Shown: piece after piece, positions 13,786-27,770 of the stretch
Layout of the letters: each line of letters starts with the position of its first letter
Numbering within the stretch: the first letter of the stretch is position 1
From: Eledone cirrhosa
Lineage: Eukaryota
NCBI GenBank assembly: GCA_964016885.1
Contig: OZ024740.1
Span: 232,624,001-232,688,000, forward strand
Reading direction: 5' to 3'
DNA length: 64,000 nucleotides
Made by a program: the position numbers and the translations under genes
The notes under the pieces: generated by a model
Seen by the model: only the letters and a program-made list of their open reading frames with translations
Told to the model about the DNA's origin: nothing
Databases searched by the model: none

Positions 13786-13957
13786 GGATTGGCAGTATCT
13801 CTAGAGAGTTAGATACCATACGTTGCAGCATAGAGTGATGGCCCTTTACGTTTCGAGTTCAAATCCAGCCGAGGTTAACTTTGCCTTTCATCCTTACGGG
13901 GTCGATAAAATAAAGCACCAGTAATGCTGGCTTTGTGCCAAATGTAGAAACAATTAT
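13786..13957 (+). mobile_element. Main-family SINE flanked by a ~57-bp direct duplication
   Basis: TATTTCTTCTGTTGCTGG.AAACTGTAATCACAAACAG..TTATGGTAT.CAGT at 13729-13785 and 13958-14016. Confidence 0.88.
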
Positions 13958-14448
13958 TATTTCTTCTGTTGCTGGAAAACTGTAATCACAAACAGAGCAG
14001 TATTATGGTATACAGTTAGGCAGCGGAACAACGACGTGCTCCCCGAATCATCTTCCAGTATTTGACTGATATTTTATTTTATAGACTCCAGTAATATATA
14101 CGGAAAAAATTGACCTCGGAAGGGGTTTTAAATCATAACATAAAATACCATAACTAGATATTGAAAGAGATTTTAATTGATGCTCTAAAGATTTTGCCAG
14201 TATGCTATAGCTTTTGTAATTGTAGATTCACCAATAGAAGTGTAATGTTGCAATTCAAGTTCGAAGTGGCAGAATAGTTTCACCTCGAAATGGTTTCAGA
14301 ATTAAATCTTCTGTGGAGCACATAGCCACGAGGACTATGTCTTTGGTAGGAATGCTAGTTGTATTTGCATTTCATTCAGTATATATTTCTACATCAAACA
14401 CGCTGTTCTACTTGGACCAGTGAGACCAGTCAGTTATAGTGAGACGCA

Positions 14449-15078
14449 AATATTTGAGTGGTACTTTATTTTATCTCTCCCACCAGAAGGGTGAATCATC
14501 AAGTTAATCTCAACCGAATTTGAACTCCGAATATTTGAGTAGTACTTTATTTTATCTCTCCCAGAAGGGTGAATCATCAAGTTAATCTCAACCGAATTTG
14601 AACTCCGAATATTTGAGTGGTACTTTATTTTATCTCTCCCAGAAGGGTGAATCATCAAGTTAATCTCAACCGAATTTGAACTCCGAATATTTGAGTGGTA
14701 CTTTATTTTATCTCTCCCAGAAGGGTGAATCATCAAGTTAATCTCAACCGAATTTGAACTCCGAATATTTGAGTGGTACTTTATTTTATCTCTCCCAGAA
14801 GGGTGAATCATCAAGTTAATCTCAACCGAATTTGAACTCCGAATATTTGAGTGGTACTTTATTTTATCTCTCCCAGAAGGGTGAATCATCAAGTTAATCT
14901 CAACCGAATTTGAACTCCGAATATTTGAGTGGTACTTTATTTTATCTCTCCCAGAAGGGTGAATCATCAAGTTAATCTCAACCGAATTTGAACTCCGAAT
15001 ATTTGAGTGGTACTTTATTTTATCTCTCCCAGAAGGGTGAATGATCAAGTTAATCTCAGCCGAATTTGAACTCCGAAT
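14449..15078. repeat. 78-bp tandem repeat, 8 near-identical copies, derived from a SINE core
   Basis: Unit AATATTTGAGTGGTACTTTATTTTATCTCTCCCAGAAGGGTGAATCATCAAGTTAATCTCAACCGAATTTGAACTCCG. Confidence 0.97.
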
Positions 15079-15431
15079 GTAAAATGCTAAATAGCGTAAA
15101 GTATTTTATTCGCTATTACTGATTCTGCCTGGCCACACACCGCTCTGTGTATGCTGAATGATAAGTATTGATTGGTCGAACGGGTTAGCTACTATACATT
15201 GATAGGTTTCATATGAGAGAGTATTGTAGTTACGTATTTGTGTCTGTGTGTCCATCTGGCATATCTGTGTAGCCGTCACATTTGTATACAATAGACGTCA
15301 CTGTAGTTGGCTGAGTTATAATACTATTCTTGTTAGGCAGGCTGCAGCAAGCAGTCAGGTATGCCGAGAGAACAATCGGTTCTCCTTAGGAGAAAGATAA
15401 ATACGTCGATTGTATCTCCACAAATCGGCTG

Positions 15432-15630
15432 AATATAAACAACAGGAGGCGTGTTCTACTGCCACTACAGATTCAGGTAGAAGCTTGTTCATATCCAGCA
15501 TATAAACAATACCAGGCGGCTTCTATAGGCGACATGTGTTTAGGTAGATGCTTGTTCAGGCCTACCGTATAAACACTAGAAGGCGTGTTCTACATATATC
15601 ACATGTTCAGTTAGACACTTATACACATCC
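15432..15630. repeat. Diverged ~67-bp tandem repeat, 3 copies
   Basis: TATAAACA...GGCG..TTCTA.....T.AG.TAGA..CTT recurs at about 15434, 15501 and 15568. Confidence 0.75.
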
Positions 15631-15845
15631 AATCACTAGAGAGAAGGGTATTTTAGCATCGATCTGGAAAGACTAAATATGACTACTTACACAAGTATAA
15701 GATAACATATTTTGAGGGAGATGCTTAGTTGATAACATTATACAAATGTGTATAAAGCTGGAACATGTTTGTAATGTACATTGAAGAGTGAAAAGGAAAC
15801 GTCGACGGTGTTGATATTTGAATGCAAGCGTAGATTGACGTAGAG

Positions 15846-16030
15846 AAATAATTGTTTCTACTTTAGGCACAAGGCCAGCAATTACTCACTACATTACTGG
15901 TACTTTATTTTATCGACCCCGTAAAGATGAAAGGCAAAGTTAACCTCGGCGGGATTTGAACTCAGACTGTAAAGGGACGTAACTATGCTAGAAAGCATGG
16001 CGTCCAACCCTCTACCGATACTGCCAATTC
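15846..16030 (-). mobile_element. Main-family SINE; older diverged copies follow at about 16125-16290, 16400-16530 and 16950-17140
   Basis: Consensus match. Confidence 0.88.
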
Positions 16031-17564
16031 AAATGTATGACATTTCGTCAAAAACTCTACCGATTCTTTTATCCACCAGCCTTGAAATGATAACTACAGC
16101 AACGAGGTCTCATCCACATATGAAATAATTCTTTCTAACGTTGGCACAAGGCCAGCAATTTGTACTTTATTTCGTCGCCTCCGGAAAGATGAAACCAAAA
16201 TTTATCTCGGAGTGATTTAAACATAGAATGTAAAAAAATTGTAAGTAAATACCGCAAAGCCTTATATTCGACGCTCTACCGATGTTGCCTATACATTATA
16301 TGGAATGATAGAAATTATATTGATTTTTAACATTGGCGTATCCTCACACAATTTATACGATGGTAAACACTCGATTACATTTAACCAGAAATTGATTAGT
16401 ACTCACCTTACTGCTCCCAGAAAGATGAAATCGAAAGTCGACTTCAGCGGGATATGAACATTGAATATAAAGGGGCGAAACAAAATACCACCAGGGACAT
16501 TCTACCGGTTTTAACACACACCGCCCTCAGTAAATTAGTTTCTAACATATGCACAAGGCGCCACATTTTAGGAAATAATTTCGATATCAATAACATTAGT
16601 ATTAATTTAACAAGGAGTTTATTTCATCGACAGACACATATATTGGTCTGACGGCAGAGACCTTTGGCCTGAAGGAGCTTCACAGGTAATTATTTTGTCC
16701 ACCTGAAAGACAAAATCGACTACGGAAGGGCATTTACTTTGTCAGTACTCTACAATTCGTGTCATTGATCTCATACGAGCAAATCGATATATATTAAAGT
16801 AGGCATATATTCGATTTAATCAACGGCAATACATGAGCGGTACATCACTTCATACTACAAACAGCGTATAAAAAGAACTCGGTGAATATATATATACACT
16901 CGTATCCGTCTTTCTACAGGCCCTGTTATTAACTTATCTAATTAAAATTAATAATAGTTTCTACATTTGGCATGAGCCCAGCAATTTGAAGGGAAGGGGC
17001 AAGTAGATTAAATCGATACTTGTAATTTATTTTATCAACCCCGTAATGATGAAAGGCAAAGCTAACCCCGGTGGTATTTCAACTCAGAACGGAAAGGGCC
17101 GTAACCATATTCCACAAAGCATACCGATACTGCCAAATCCACAGTTCTAGCATAGGCACAAAGTCGCAAATGTGAAGAAAAGAGACAATCGATAATATCG
17201 ATTTAGTCATTGATTGGTGGATACTTTATCGGCCACAGAATAATGGCAGGCAAATTTATACGTCACTAACGATTCTGTGCCCAATCACCATGGTTATAAT
17301 AAAGATTTACTTTAGCTGCCATATGAGGACGGATGAGGGACCATTACCAGGACAAATTACGAGAAAATAGCGGACATTTACGTCAAATAAGTATGAAAAT
17401 AAATTAATCATATAAAATAATTTAAAAGTAAAAATACAAGCATTAAAACAATAGTAAAAACTAAGAATCATGGAACAACATATGTTATGGGCTAATGACG
17501 AACACTCTTGATTAATCATAACAAACTATAATTTCATAAAAATAAAATTCACACACACAAAGAC

Positions 17565-17758
17565 AATAATTGTTTCTACTTCTTGGCGCAAGGCCAGCAA
17601 CTACCCAGTGCATTACTGGTGCTTTATTTTATCGACCCCGCAAGGATGAGAGACAAAGTTAAATTCGGTGGGATTTGAACTCAGTCCGTAAAGGGACGTA
17701 ACTGCGCTGCAAAGCATGGCGTCCGACCCTCTACCGATACTGCCAATCTACCACCCTT
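17565..17758 (-). mobile_element. Main-family SINE
   Basis: Consensus match. Confidence 0.9.
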
Positions 17759-18793
17759 GAGACACGAAGACAATAATAATAATAATGACTTATTTAAGGA
17801 AATATTACACTCCATTTCATTCACCTCAGTACATGTAACATAAATCTGCATATGTCGAACTGCTATGTTACGCAACAAAATTATATTCATATTATATTCA
17901 TATTATATTCATATTATATTCATATTATATTTAGATGGTTTTTAATCAGCACTGTTGTTGTTGATATTCATAATCATCGTCAATACTTTCCATTTATTTC
18001 TATATAGTGCGATTATCTATATATTGACATCTGAACTGAATATGTCTCACTGAAGAGATTAAATAAGATGAAAACTTGTCTATTGCTTTCACCAAGATAA
18101 CTTATATACAAGGTCCACTCACATTGAGTTGTCTTAAATTGTTCCACGTTCATCCAAAAGACAGATAACTGAGTCAATAATAGTTCCCTCCATAGCCACA
18201 ATCGACTGAGATTTTTCCGCGCGCGCGCGCGTGTGTGTGAGTATGTGTGTGTCTGTATATGTGTGTGTGTGTGTGTGTGCGTGTGTGTGTGTGCGTATGT
18301 GTGTGTACGTGTGTGCATAAACAGAGACAAATTACACAGATAAATATTTCGCGATTATAAAAAAATATTTCTTGTGTGAAGCAATTATAAGAGAGGTCAT
18401 AAGAAGTAAAATCTCAGTTTGAGACTAAAAACACAATTATTCATAAAAAAAACACCTGAGACGAAAAGGCACTTAACATAAGAATTACCTTACTCATTGA
18501 AATAAACACGATTTCTTCTCTGGACAAGATGGTGTTCATAACATTCAGACGTTTATAAAAAATATAGGGGTCCGCAATATAAAGAATAGAAATGTGTTTA
18601 TTTTACAAAGTGTTTTACAAAGTGTTGGAATTACTGGAAAATATATCAACAATTGAACAAGCTTTTATATTAATTGAAGGAATATCTTATAAATATTTCA
18701 TTTGCGAAGTGAAGTGCTATTAGCAGGAAGAACACTAATATTGAAATAAAAACAGCTTAGTGCAAAAATCAAGCTACATCGTTACATAAATAT

Positions 18794-18946
18794 ATAATTG
18801 TTTCTACTTTTGTCACAAGGCCAGCAGTTACCCAGTGCATTACTGGTACTTTATTTTATCGACCCCGTAAGGATGAAAGGCAAAGCTAATCTCAGCGCGA
18901 TTTGAACTCAGAATGGCAAGGGCCGTAACTCTATGCGTCAAAGCAT
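18794..18946 (-). mobile_element. Main-family SINE, 5'-truncated
   Basis: Consensus match. Confidence 0.85.
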
Positions 18947-19419
18947 AAATATATAATATATTTCATAATGCCATCCGACCAATATCGTCTTTCTTAGAAT
19001 CGGATATTTAAATAAATAGATGTACGCATGAATCCTCATCGGCGTATAAAAAGGGGAATCTAAAGACAATGTTACTGGTGTTAATTATTAGTGTAGAATC
19101 CTCTTAGAACATTAAGAATACAAATAATATTTGATTCACCGAAATTAACATTTAAAATAAATATAAACTTATCTTAAGCAAGTTCATCTGTTTTCGTAAT
19201 TTTAGGATAAAATACTTCAAAATTATAAAAAAATGTTTACTGTATTTGTTGTTCCGTTCATGAGGATTACACTTCCAGATAGTTTTTCTGAACGCCTGGC
19301 TGCTAGAAGCACGAATTTCTGATAAACCTTAGCTTATGCTCTGTGTTATATTTTAATTTCTAGTTTGATTTTATTTTCAAATGCACTTTTCATCGTTTTA
19401 GTTGTATTTATACACATCA

Positions 19420-20279
19420 TCATGTATGTATGTATGTATGTATGTATGTATGTATGTATGTATGTATGTATGTATGTATGTATGTATGTATGTATGTATG
19501 TATGTATGTATGTATGTATGTATGCATGCGTGTATGTATGTATGTGTGTGTGCACCTACGTATGTATTCATGTATGTATGTATACACGTATAAATGTATG
19601 TAGTCATGTATGTATGTCTGTATATATGTATGTATTAATATTTGTATTGATAATTTGTTGTTGATGGAAAATCAGGGTGGTTATTTAGGAATATTTAAAA
19701 GCATATATATCTAATGTTTGACACATACGTACGTGGTTACCTACACGCTCGTATCTGTGTATATACATGCATACATGCATACATATATACATGAATACAT
19801 AAATACAAACATACATATATGAATACATACATATATACATACATAAATACATACATATATGAATACATACATATATACATACATACATAAATACATACAT
19901 ACATATATGAATACATACATATATACAGACATACATACATGAATACATACATACATATGTATTCATGTATGTATGTCTGTATATATGTATGTATTCATAT
20001 ATGTATGTATGTATTCATGTTTTCTCTTTCTCTTAATTTCAAGTATATTTTTTTGACCGGCCACCTTCCTGTATGTATGTATGTATGTATGTATGTATGT
20101 ATTTATGTATTTATGTATATATGTATGTATGTATGTATTCATATATGTATGTATGTATTTATGTATTCATGTATGTATTCATGTATGTATGTATGTATTC
20201 ATGTATATATGTATGTATGTATGTATTCATATATGTATGTATTTATGTATTCATGTATGTATTCATGTATGTATGTATG

Positions 20280-20310
<31 letters not shown>
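19420..20310. repeat. (TATG)n-derived microsatellite blocks in both orientations
   Basis: Direct. Confidence 0.9.
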
Positions 20311-20312
<2 letters not shown>

Positions 20313-20313
<1 letters not shown>

Positions 20314-20615
20314 TTTTTGGTAAATATCATCTTGGTTAAGACAGTGGGACTGGCTTTGTGCAGTGCCTTTGCTCACTATAAAAGCTTCACGGCACAGGCA
20401 TTGCTTTATATCTGGAGATCTCTCTGCACTTGTCGTCACATGGTACCATTGGCCCAGCACTATGTGTCAATAATTGTCACAGGTGTAGTGTTTGTACCAG
20501 AGTTTTCATGTCGTAGGCTGGACTAAAAAGTCACACTCGTTCAGCGCATCGGTAGGAGTTCTCCTACATGGATATAAAGTAGTGGCCGTACTCGAAAACG
20601 AGTTGGCAGCCACCA
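20313..20615 (+). mobile_element. 5'-truncated copy of a non-autonomous RTE-derived element with an (ATGT)n tail
   Basis: High similarity to 38730-39030 and to the reverse complement of 62134-62435. Confidence 0.85.
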
Positions 20616-20932
20616 TGTATGTATGTATGTATGTATGTATGTATGTATGTATGTATGTATGTATGTATGTACACAGATACGAGCGTGTAGGTAACCATGT
20701 ACGTATGTGTCAAACATTAGATATATATGCTTCTAAATATTCCTAAATATCCACCCTGATTTTCCATCAACAACAAATTATCTTTCCGCACTCACTGTTT
20801 CACCCTTATACATTTAGTAAACCCTTCTCTTCTCTTTTTCAATTCTACCGACTGTGGTGAGATGTAATGTACCTTGCGATTATACTGTACCAGTATATAA
20901 TTTTGGTTTTGTTTTCTTCTCTTTTCAGAACC

Positions 20933-20983
20933 CGCTCTGTCTGATCACTCGTCGAAGTGGACACTGAAACATTATCGCGAGCG
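20933..20983 (+). ncRNA. Degenerate hammerhead ribozyme motif
   Basis: CGCTCTGT-CTGATCA-(GTC..GAC)-GAAA-CATTA-TC-GCGAGCG; one core mismatch and weak stems. Confidence 0.4.
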
Positions 20984-21273
20984 AACACACCTCCTACATC
21001 ACTAGAACTTAGCCGATTTTATCATTTAGTTATATATATTGTTGGTTTTTGTCGTTGTTATCAAAGTTTCTTGTAGTTTTCACTCTTGCTGTTTTTTTTT
21101 ATGTGTTGATGATGTTGTTGTTGGTGCTTTTGTTACTGTAGTCGCCAGACTAATACCGCCCCTAACGTGTAATGAACCTCGATTTGCCCATCATCACTTA
21201 GAGAATTCCAAATGTTCTCAACCTTAAATACCCCAATTTAGAGTACTCCTATGTACGTTTATACATACATACA

Positions 21274-21333
<60 letters not shown>

Positions 21334-21456
21334 TATTTATATATATGTATGTATATATATGTGTGTGTGTTTGTATCATATACATACATGCATCCATGCA
21401 CATATATACATATGTATACAAATGTAATTATATATATATATATATATATATATGTT

Positions 21457-21498
<42 letters not shown>

Positions 21499-21640
21499 GT
21501 GTGTGTGTATTTATATATACGAATAGACGCCACATTCCTGGATATATACGACTGACGTCGAGTGCTTATTTCTACGTGAATCTATTTATCTTCGTGACGA
21601 CGCAACACACATTTCACATAGAAACACCTTAAGAATTTGG

Positions 21641-21749
<109 letters not shown>

Positions 21750-21870
21750 TGTGTGTGTGTGTGCGTGCGCGCGCGCGCGCGTGTGTGCGTGTGTGCGTGT
21801 ATGTGTGTCTGCGTGTGTAAAGATAAAGACCCCATTGTTCTCTTAGCTGTGTACATAAAATAGCAATACA

Positions 21871-21920
21871 ATTAGTCACTGAGGAGGTCACAGAATGTGT
21901 GACGAAAGAGCTTTGACAAT
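21871..21920 (+). ncRNA. Minimal type-I hammerhead ribozyme motif
   Basis: ATTAGTCA-CTGAGGA-G-GTCACA gaatg TGTGAC-GAAA-GAGC-TT-TGACAAT; the unit lies between (GT)n and (TA)n. Confidence 0.78.
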
Positions 21921-22103
21921 CAACAACTACAAAAAAACCATCTGGTTGTTAAACTAACCGAATGGTATTTTATAATATTTTGAAGTGAGTAGCGATAGTT
22001 GCGTGTCATCTTATTGGCAGCATGACCCTCCCAAAGTATAACAATATCTGTTTCAATACAGGTTTTTGGATGAGAAATCTTACAAAATAAATAGTAAAAC
22101 CAA

Positions 22104-22171
<68 letters not shown>

Positions 22172-23699
22172 ATATATATATAATTATATATATATATACA
22201 GAGAGGAGGTGAGGGAGAGATATTAATATGTAATGTTTAGAGATAGATGCATAGATGCAGACAACCTGTATATATTGAAATATATATTCCTAATTCTACA
22301 CATCATTTATTAGCGTGTTGTCAGTGCTAGGTACCTCTGTTGTTAATACCTTGGTTTAATCTCGATATGTTTTTTTCTTTTTTTCTTTTCGGTGTATATC
22401 TTATTCTGCTATGAAGAACGGCGGATAGAAGACATAATATATAACATATCAGAAAAAGTAAGCAAACATCATATACCTCAACAGATATTAAAAAAATACA
22501 AGAAACAAATATATAAATATACTTCATAATCTATTTTCTCCTTTTCGGTTTCTATTTCACTGTTTCACTCTGGTGTCTATCGTAACTTTATGCTCTCTAT
22601 TTTATTCGTTTCTTTAATGCCTCTCACATGCGCTTTCCTTTACGTAGCCTTTTGTTTGTGTTATATTTTCACTTTACATAATATCCGCGTACCTTTGTAT
22701 ATCTCGACTTCATGATGGTTTCTTTTTTTTTTGCGTTTGTGTACTTCCATGGTTAAATGTACGCAATGATGAGCATACATACAGCAGCATATTAGCATGG
22801 TCTTACAGAATACAAGGAAATTGACCTCAAGGAACTAAAAAATGACATGAATATAATTAAGAGAGTCAAAAATACTTCAATAGTGGTGCTGTAATGTCTT
22901 AATATTGGTTTGGGACACATTTTCCTCTGATCTACGTATACATTTGATTGTTTGATTCGTGCTACTATCCAAGCAATATTTGTAGAATAGCATAGTTTCT
23001 TTAAGAGAACATTCAATAAGCATTACTAAGATAAACCGAAGGATACATGCAGGTACAATTTGAACCATTCACCATATTTATCGGATACCTAAAAGGATAA
23101 CAGTGAATGAAAAATTGAGACATAAATATTTTACATGGCTCACTGCTAATTCTTTATAGATTGACGAAAAAAATAATTTGAGGTAGTTGCGCAGGGAAAC
23201 GAATTATTTGTGAACTATATTACTAGAGTCAAGCTGTATTTAGCTGTTGGTTGCTTTAATGATAGCCGTACTGATTGCTGTTTTTAAAAGTCCGTTGTTT
23301 GAACGATGCTCTTTATTCGCAACATAAATTCTCCCGCACGAGTCAATGCACAAAAGTTAAAAGTGGAATCGATTTTTCCTATCATCCATATTAAATAAGC
23401 AGTTGTCTGGTTCAGTCCATTCTAGGAATGAATAATTCAATTTCTTTCGTATAAAGATAATACATCGGTTGAATAAGGTTCATATCGTAGTACAGGAAGT
23501 CACTGATATTTCAAATATCTTTACAAATAAAATTAAGTAGCACGCAAAGATGTAACGGGTGACTTCATTACACACAATGCTGCTGATGATGACGCTGACT
23601 TAATGTACCAATTAATAAAAATAGCTCATCAGTCAATTTTTAGTAAAGTTATGCTGGAAGTAAAATTTTGTGAGTGCAAATTGAAATTATATTCATGAT

Positions 23700-24720
23700 C
23701 CAGCTTAAATTTTTATGAGCGTTTCGTTATTTAATTCAAGGGTTGACGAACTGCCGACTGCATTGCCTGACTGGTAAAGAATGATGAACGTCAGATATTC
23801 CATTATTCCAGATGCCAAATACTCAATCTTAATCTTCGCTTGACCCAGAAGTGTAGCGCTGTCAAAAATATGAGGTTGAGAAGTAATCACTGACAAACGA
23901 TAACCATATCTTCTCCCTGCATCAGGATGTCTGCAAATGCCACGGCTTCCACGCATACCAGCGCATCCTCATCCTTCACATACAGAGCCCTTCACGAAGA
24001 ACATGATAGTAGCAAATGATTTAACTAATCCATATCATAATTTCTTTCTACAGAGGCGAAAAGGTAGACACGTCAATATAAAACTGAAGCAAGACAAGTT
24101 GGTCAGGTGGTAAATATGAAAAGGATGCAGAGTATACATTCACAATCTCTACCAGATATTTTAAGTTAGATTCATCTCAACCCATTTCTGATTTTTGACA
24201 ACTCTCCTAACCCTAACTCTCCACCTGAAGATCTGGTCTGAGCCAGATACCAAAAATCATATCAGGGTCGTCGGTTCACTGACCGATGAATCGAACGGAT
24301 GTGATCATGCTTTTCTCCGTGCCAAGATGCAAAGTAACCAATTTGTCCTGAACATTATGTGCTCCTCTTTCCTCTCTGCATTCTTTTAATATGGTGTCAA
24401 GCACTTAACTTTCCTTGATATCTGGTACCATGACAGTGAAGTCGTCCTCGTATCCTGATACAGCTTTCACACTTTCCACTTAAAACGATATGCTCTCAAC
24501 ATATGATTCTACGAGAACGGCTCAAGAGCCAAGTCACCCTGAAGCAATGATTGAGACTAGACTTTACGAAACAAGAGTGTGCTTCAAAACAATTTCGAGT
24601 AGTGGCAATGCAGTCTGGCCATGCGTACCCTATTTCTGTACACCCGTAGATTCTGTTGGTGACCATATGGGATGAGGGCAAGGCAGACGCATTCGGAACG
24701 CAACAAATGTTCTTCTGCAG
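23700..24720 (-). pseudogene. Heavily decayed RTE-type LINE reverse transcriptase fragment
   Basis: Minus-strand remnants of xGF...SDQIF (about 24225-24260) preceded by a KG...YRxIxLL-like segment; many stops; boundaries uncertain. Confidence 0.4.
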
Positions 24721-26624
24721 CTGTTGTTAATGAGCATTTCAGCAGAGTGTTTTGAGACTAATGAGATTACTGATATAACCACTGCTTCTCTTTGTATGGG
24801 TACTTTATGTCTGTCTGGACTGAGATAGTGATTTTAAGATGTAGTAGATATGCTCTTTGGTACTGGTTATGTTATGTGTCTGGGTATTTGAAGGTGACTT
24901 TTAGTGTAATGACATTTACTACAACACAAACTGTACCTCTTGCATATCCAAGTAAAATTTCATTTATTTTTCTTTCGTTGGTAATGTAATCTGTGTACAA
25001 TCTATTTTTATGCGTGTCATACTTTGTGGAGAGATTGGGCGCCAAGGCCTAACTAACAGATTCCATGATGGAGCTAAGACATTCCTTGTATACTATTTTT
25101 ATTTCTTTATGTTAGACAATGGTGGTACCTATTAATTCTCTACATATGTTGTCTGGCGTCTATTCGTTAGTGTCTTCTGTTTGTTTGCGAATTGTGGAGT
25201 TATACGTAATGTCTTGTATGTTTTATCTTCCGTAGGTGTTATGTTGTTTGGTGTGATGGTTAGCTGTATTTGATGGTATTGCTTGTAAGAAGAAAGATGT
25301 AATTAGCAGGTGCTACTTTAATGTTGTTGTTAAGGATAGAAGTTTCTAGAGGATTATATAGGTTTGATGCAGTTATGCAGCAGTGTCTAAAGAATAGTCA
25401 GATTATGTGAGTGGGAAGCCATCTGTATATGAGGCCCTCTGTGTATTGTGAGGTGGTACGGAGGTTGTATAGATTGAAACTCGTGGTTAAGAAGACGGAT
25501 ACACGTGGCATTCTATTCGGGAAATTGTAGGTTGTGGAAATATGTTCATATACACTATATAATGACGTCGGCTTGGCAGGTAGTTTGCTACCTAGCATTT
25601 TGTATTGTTGCTTAATGTGGCATTGTGTATTTATTGTGTAACTGGATTATATTATATTGCACATAATAGGATGGGTGTATAAGATGTTACCTCACTAGGG
25701 TTTTGCCAGGGTTTTGAGTCCTCGTTAGCAGAGAAAGTGGATGATAAAATGACGATGATGATGATGTATTTTTAACATAATTCTTAAAAGAACCAATGTG
25801 ATAGAATGTGTGACAAGATTGAACCATTGTATTACAGCTATAATTCATCTAACAGATTTCCCTAGAATTTCTATTTATCTAATTTCAGTCCCAAAGCATG
25901 GGTCAACCAGTGGTAAAGACAGCTCACATAATAGGATGAGTGTATAAGATGTTACCTCACTAGGGTTTTGCCAGGGTTTTGAGGTGTTAACTTTTGTGTA
26001 GAACCTTGATTCTGAGAATTTGGAGGTGTTGGTCTGATTATTTCTAGATGGAATCAGAGATTACACCAGGTATAGGTGTATGTTTGTGATTTTATTCCCT
26101 ATTGCTTGTTGGTGTCTCTCGGAAAGAAAGGATCAAAATCGTAATCTCACTAAAAGGTGCACAGTTTTCATTTTTTTTTTTTGGGTGTGGCCGATGTTCG
26201 GGAAATGCCTGATGCAGATGTTTGCTTGATGTTCCAATGTGAGTCTATTATTTGAGATATAACATGTAAATAAAGTTTAATAGAAAAAGGAAAAAAGAAA
26301 ATTTAGATTGAGAAGAATTGAATGTAAAATAGGAAAATATAAAGAATAAAGAGAAAAAGAAAAAACGGAAAAGGGAGGAAATGGCAAGGACTCTAGTGTT
26401 ACAGAAGAATGGTGAGGTTAGAGGGGGAGGATGATTGGGCTCTGGGCCTAGTGGTAAAGGGGCTGCGCCCTATGGACAAGACAGCAAAAGCATTCCCCCA
26501 CCATTTCCGTTTTTTTTCTTTTTCCTTTTTTTCTTTATATTTTCCTATTTTACATTCCATTCTTTTCAATCTAAATTTTCTTTCTTTTTTTTTCTATTAA
26601 ACTGTATTTACATGATGTATTCAA

Positions 26625-26830
26625 TAAATGGTTTCTTATATAGGCACAGGCCAGCAATTTTGAGGGAGGGCAAAGTCGATTAAATAAACTCCAGTGCGTG
26701 ACTGGTACTTTATTTTATCGACCCCGCAAGGATGAAAGGCGGGATTTGAACTCACATCATAAAGGGTCGTAACTCTATACTGCAAAGCATGGCGTCCGAC
26801 CCTCTACCGATACTGCCAATCCACCGCCCT
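26625..26830 (-). mobile_element. Main-family SINE
   Basis: Consensus match. Confidence 0.88.
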
Positions 26831-27435
26831 AATATATTCCATAAATAAAAGTTGTTATGATTTATTTGAGATTGTTATTGAGACTTGCCATTTTTCTGTT
26901 TTTCTACGATAATTTCTTTTAAATTATTTTCTTTAGTTGTTTTACACTGATTCTATTTTGTCATTCATTGTTGAGTGTGATAATGGCGCATTTTATCTGG
27001 GTTTGTATTTAGTTTATATGAAGTTATGGCCTGACAATTATTTATGGTGCCTTTGAGATTATGATACATGTATATTTACTTTGGTTGAATGGGTGTCAGT
27101 ACTGCAGTGTCTATTTTGGCGATTGTTGTGTCATTGAATTCAGAGAAGCTTGATTCTGTATTGCTGTGAATATCTGAAATTTGTAAGAGAGTTTCTTTTC
27201 CCAAATTGTTGAGCGAATATTTGGTGATAATAAACGGTAGGTGTTCTAAAGAAATATGTAACTGTGGTTTATGTTAGTGTCTGTGATGCAGAAGCTGAAC
27301 TTTACAGAAGAGGTTTTCTATTAGGTTCTCTATTAGGCTTGGGTCGGTATATATGTTTCGCAAGTGGAATGTGTAATCTTTGGCTGGTTGATAGAAATGG
27401 TCGATGTATATACATATAAATATACATGCACATAA

Positions 27436-27524
<89 letters not shown>

Positions 27525-27727
27525 TATGTATACGTACATACATATATGTATACAGACGTACAGTAGTATGTATATATATACATACATGCACACATATATA
27601 TATATGTACGTATGTGTTTACCGAACACTTATTATAATGCTCGGTTTGTTTGTAAACAAGCAACCCGAATTAAGTCGTACAGTGTTTAGCAACCATCGTT
27701 GCCCTTTTGATCAACACTGACAAAGAA

Positions 27728-27770
27728 ACGATGTACTAGTTTCAAGCTTATTAGCTATCGTCAGCATCGT
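27728..27770 (-). ncRNA. Minimal hammerhead ribozyme motif (left arm of an inverted pair)
   Basis: Reverse complement of 27918-27960. Confidence 0.85.

Noticed and set aside
14434-15048. 204-aa repetitive ORF
   Set aside because: By-product of a 78-bp SINE-derived tandem repeat
18050-18090. CTGAAGA...GAAA hammerhead candidate
   Set aside because: No stem I or stem II pairing
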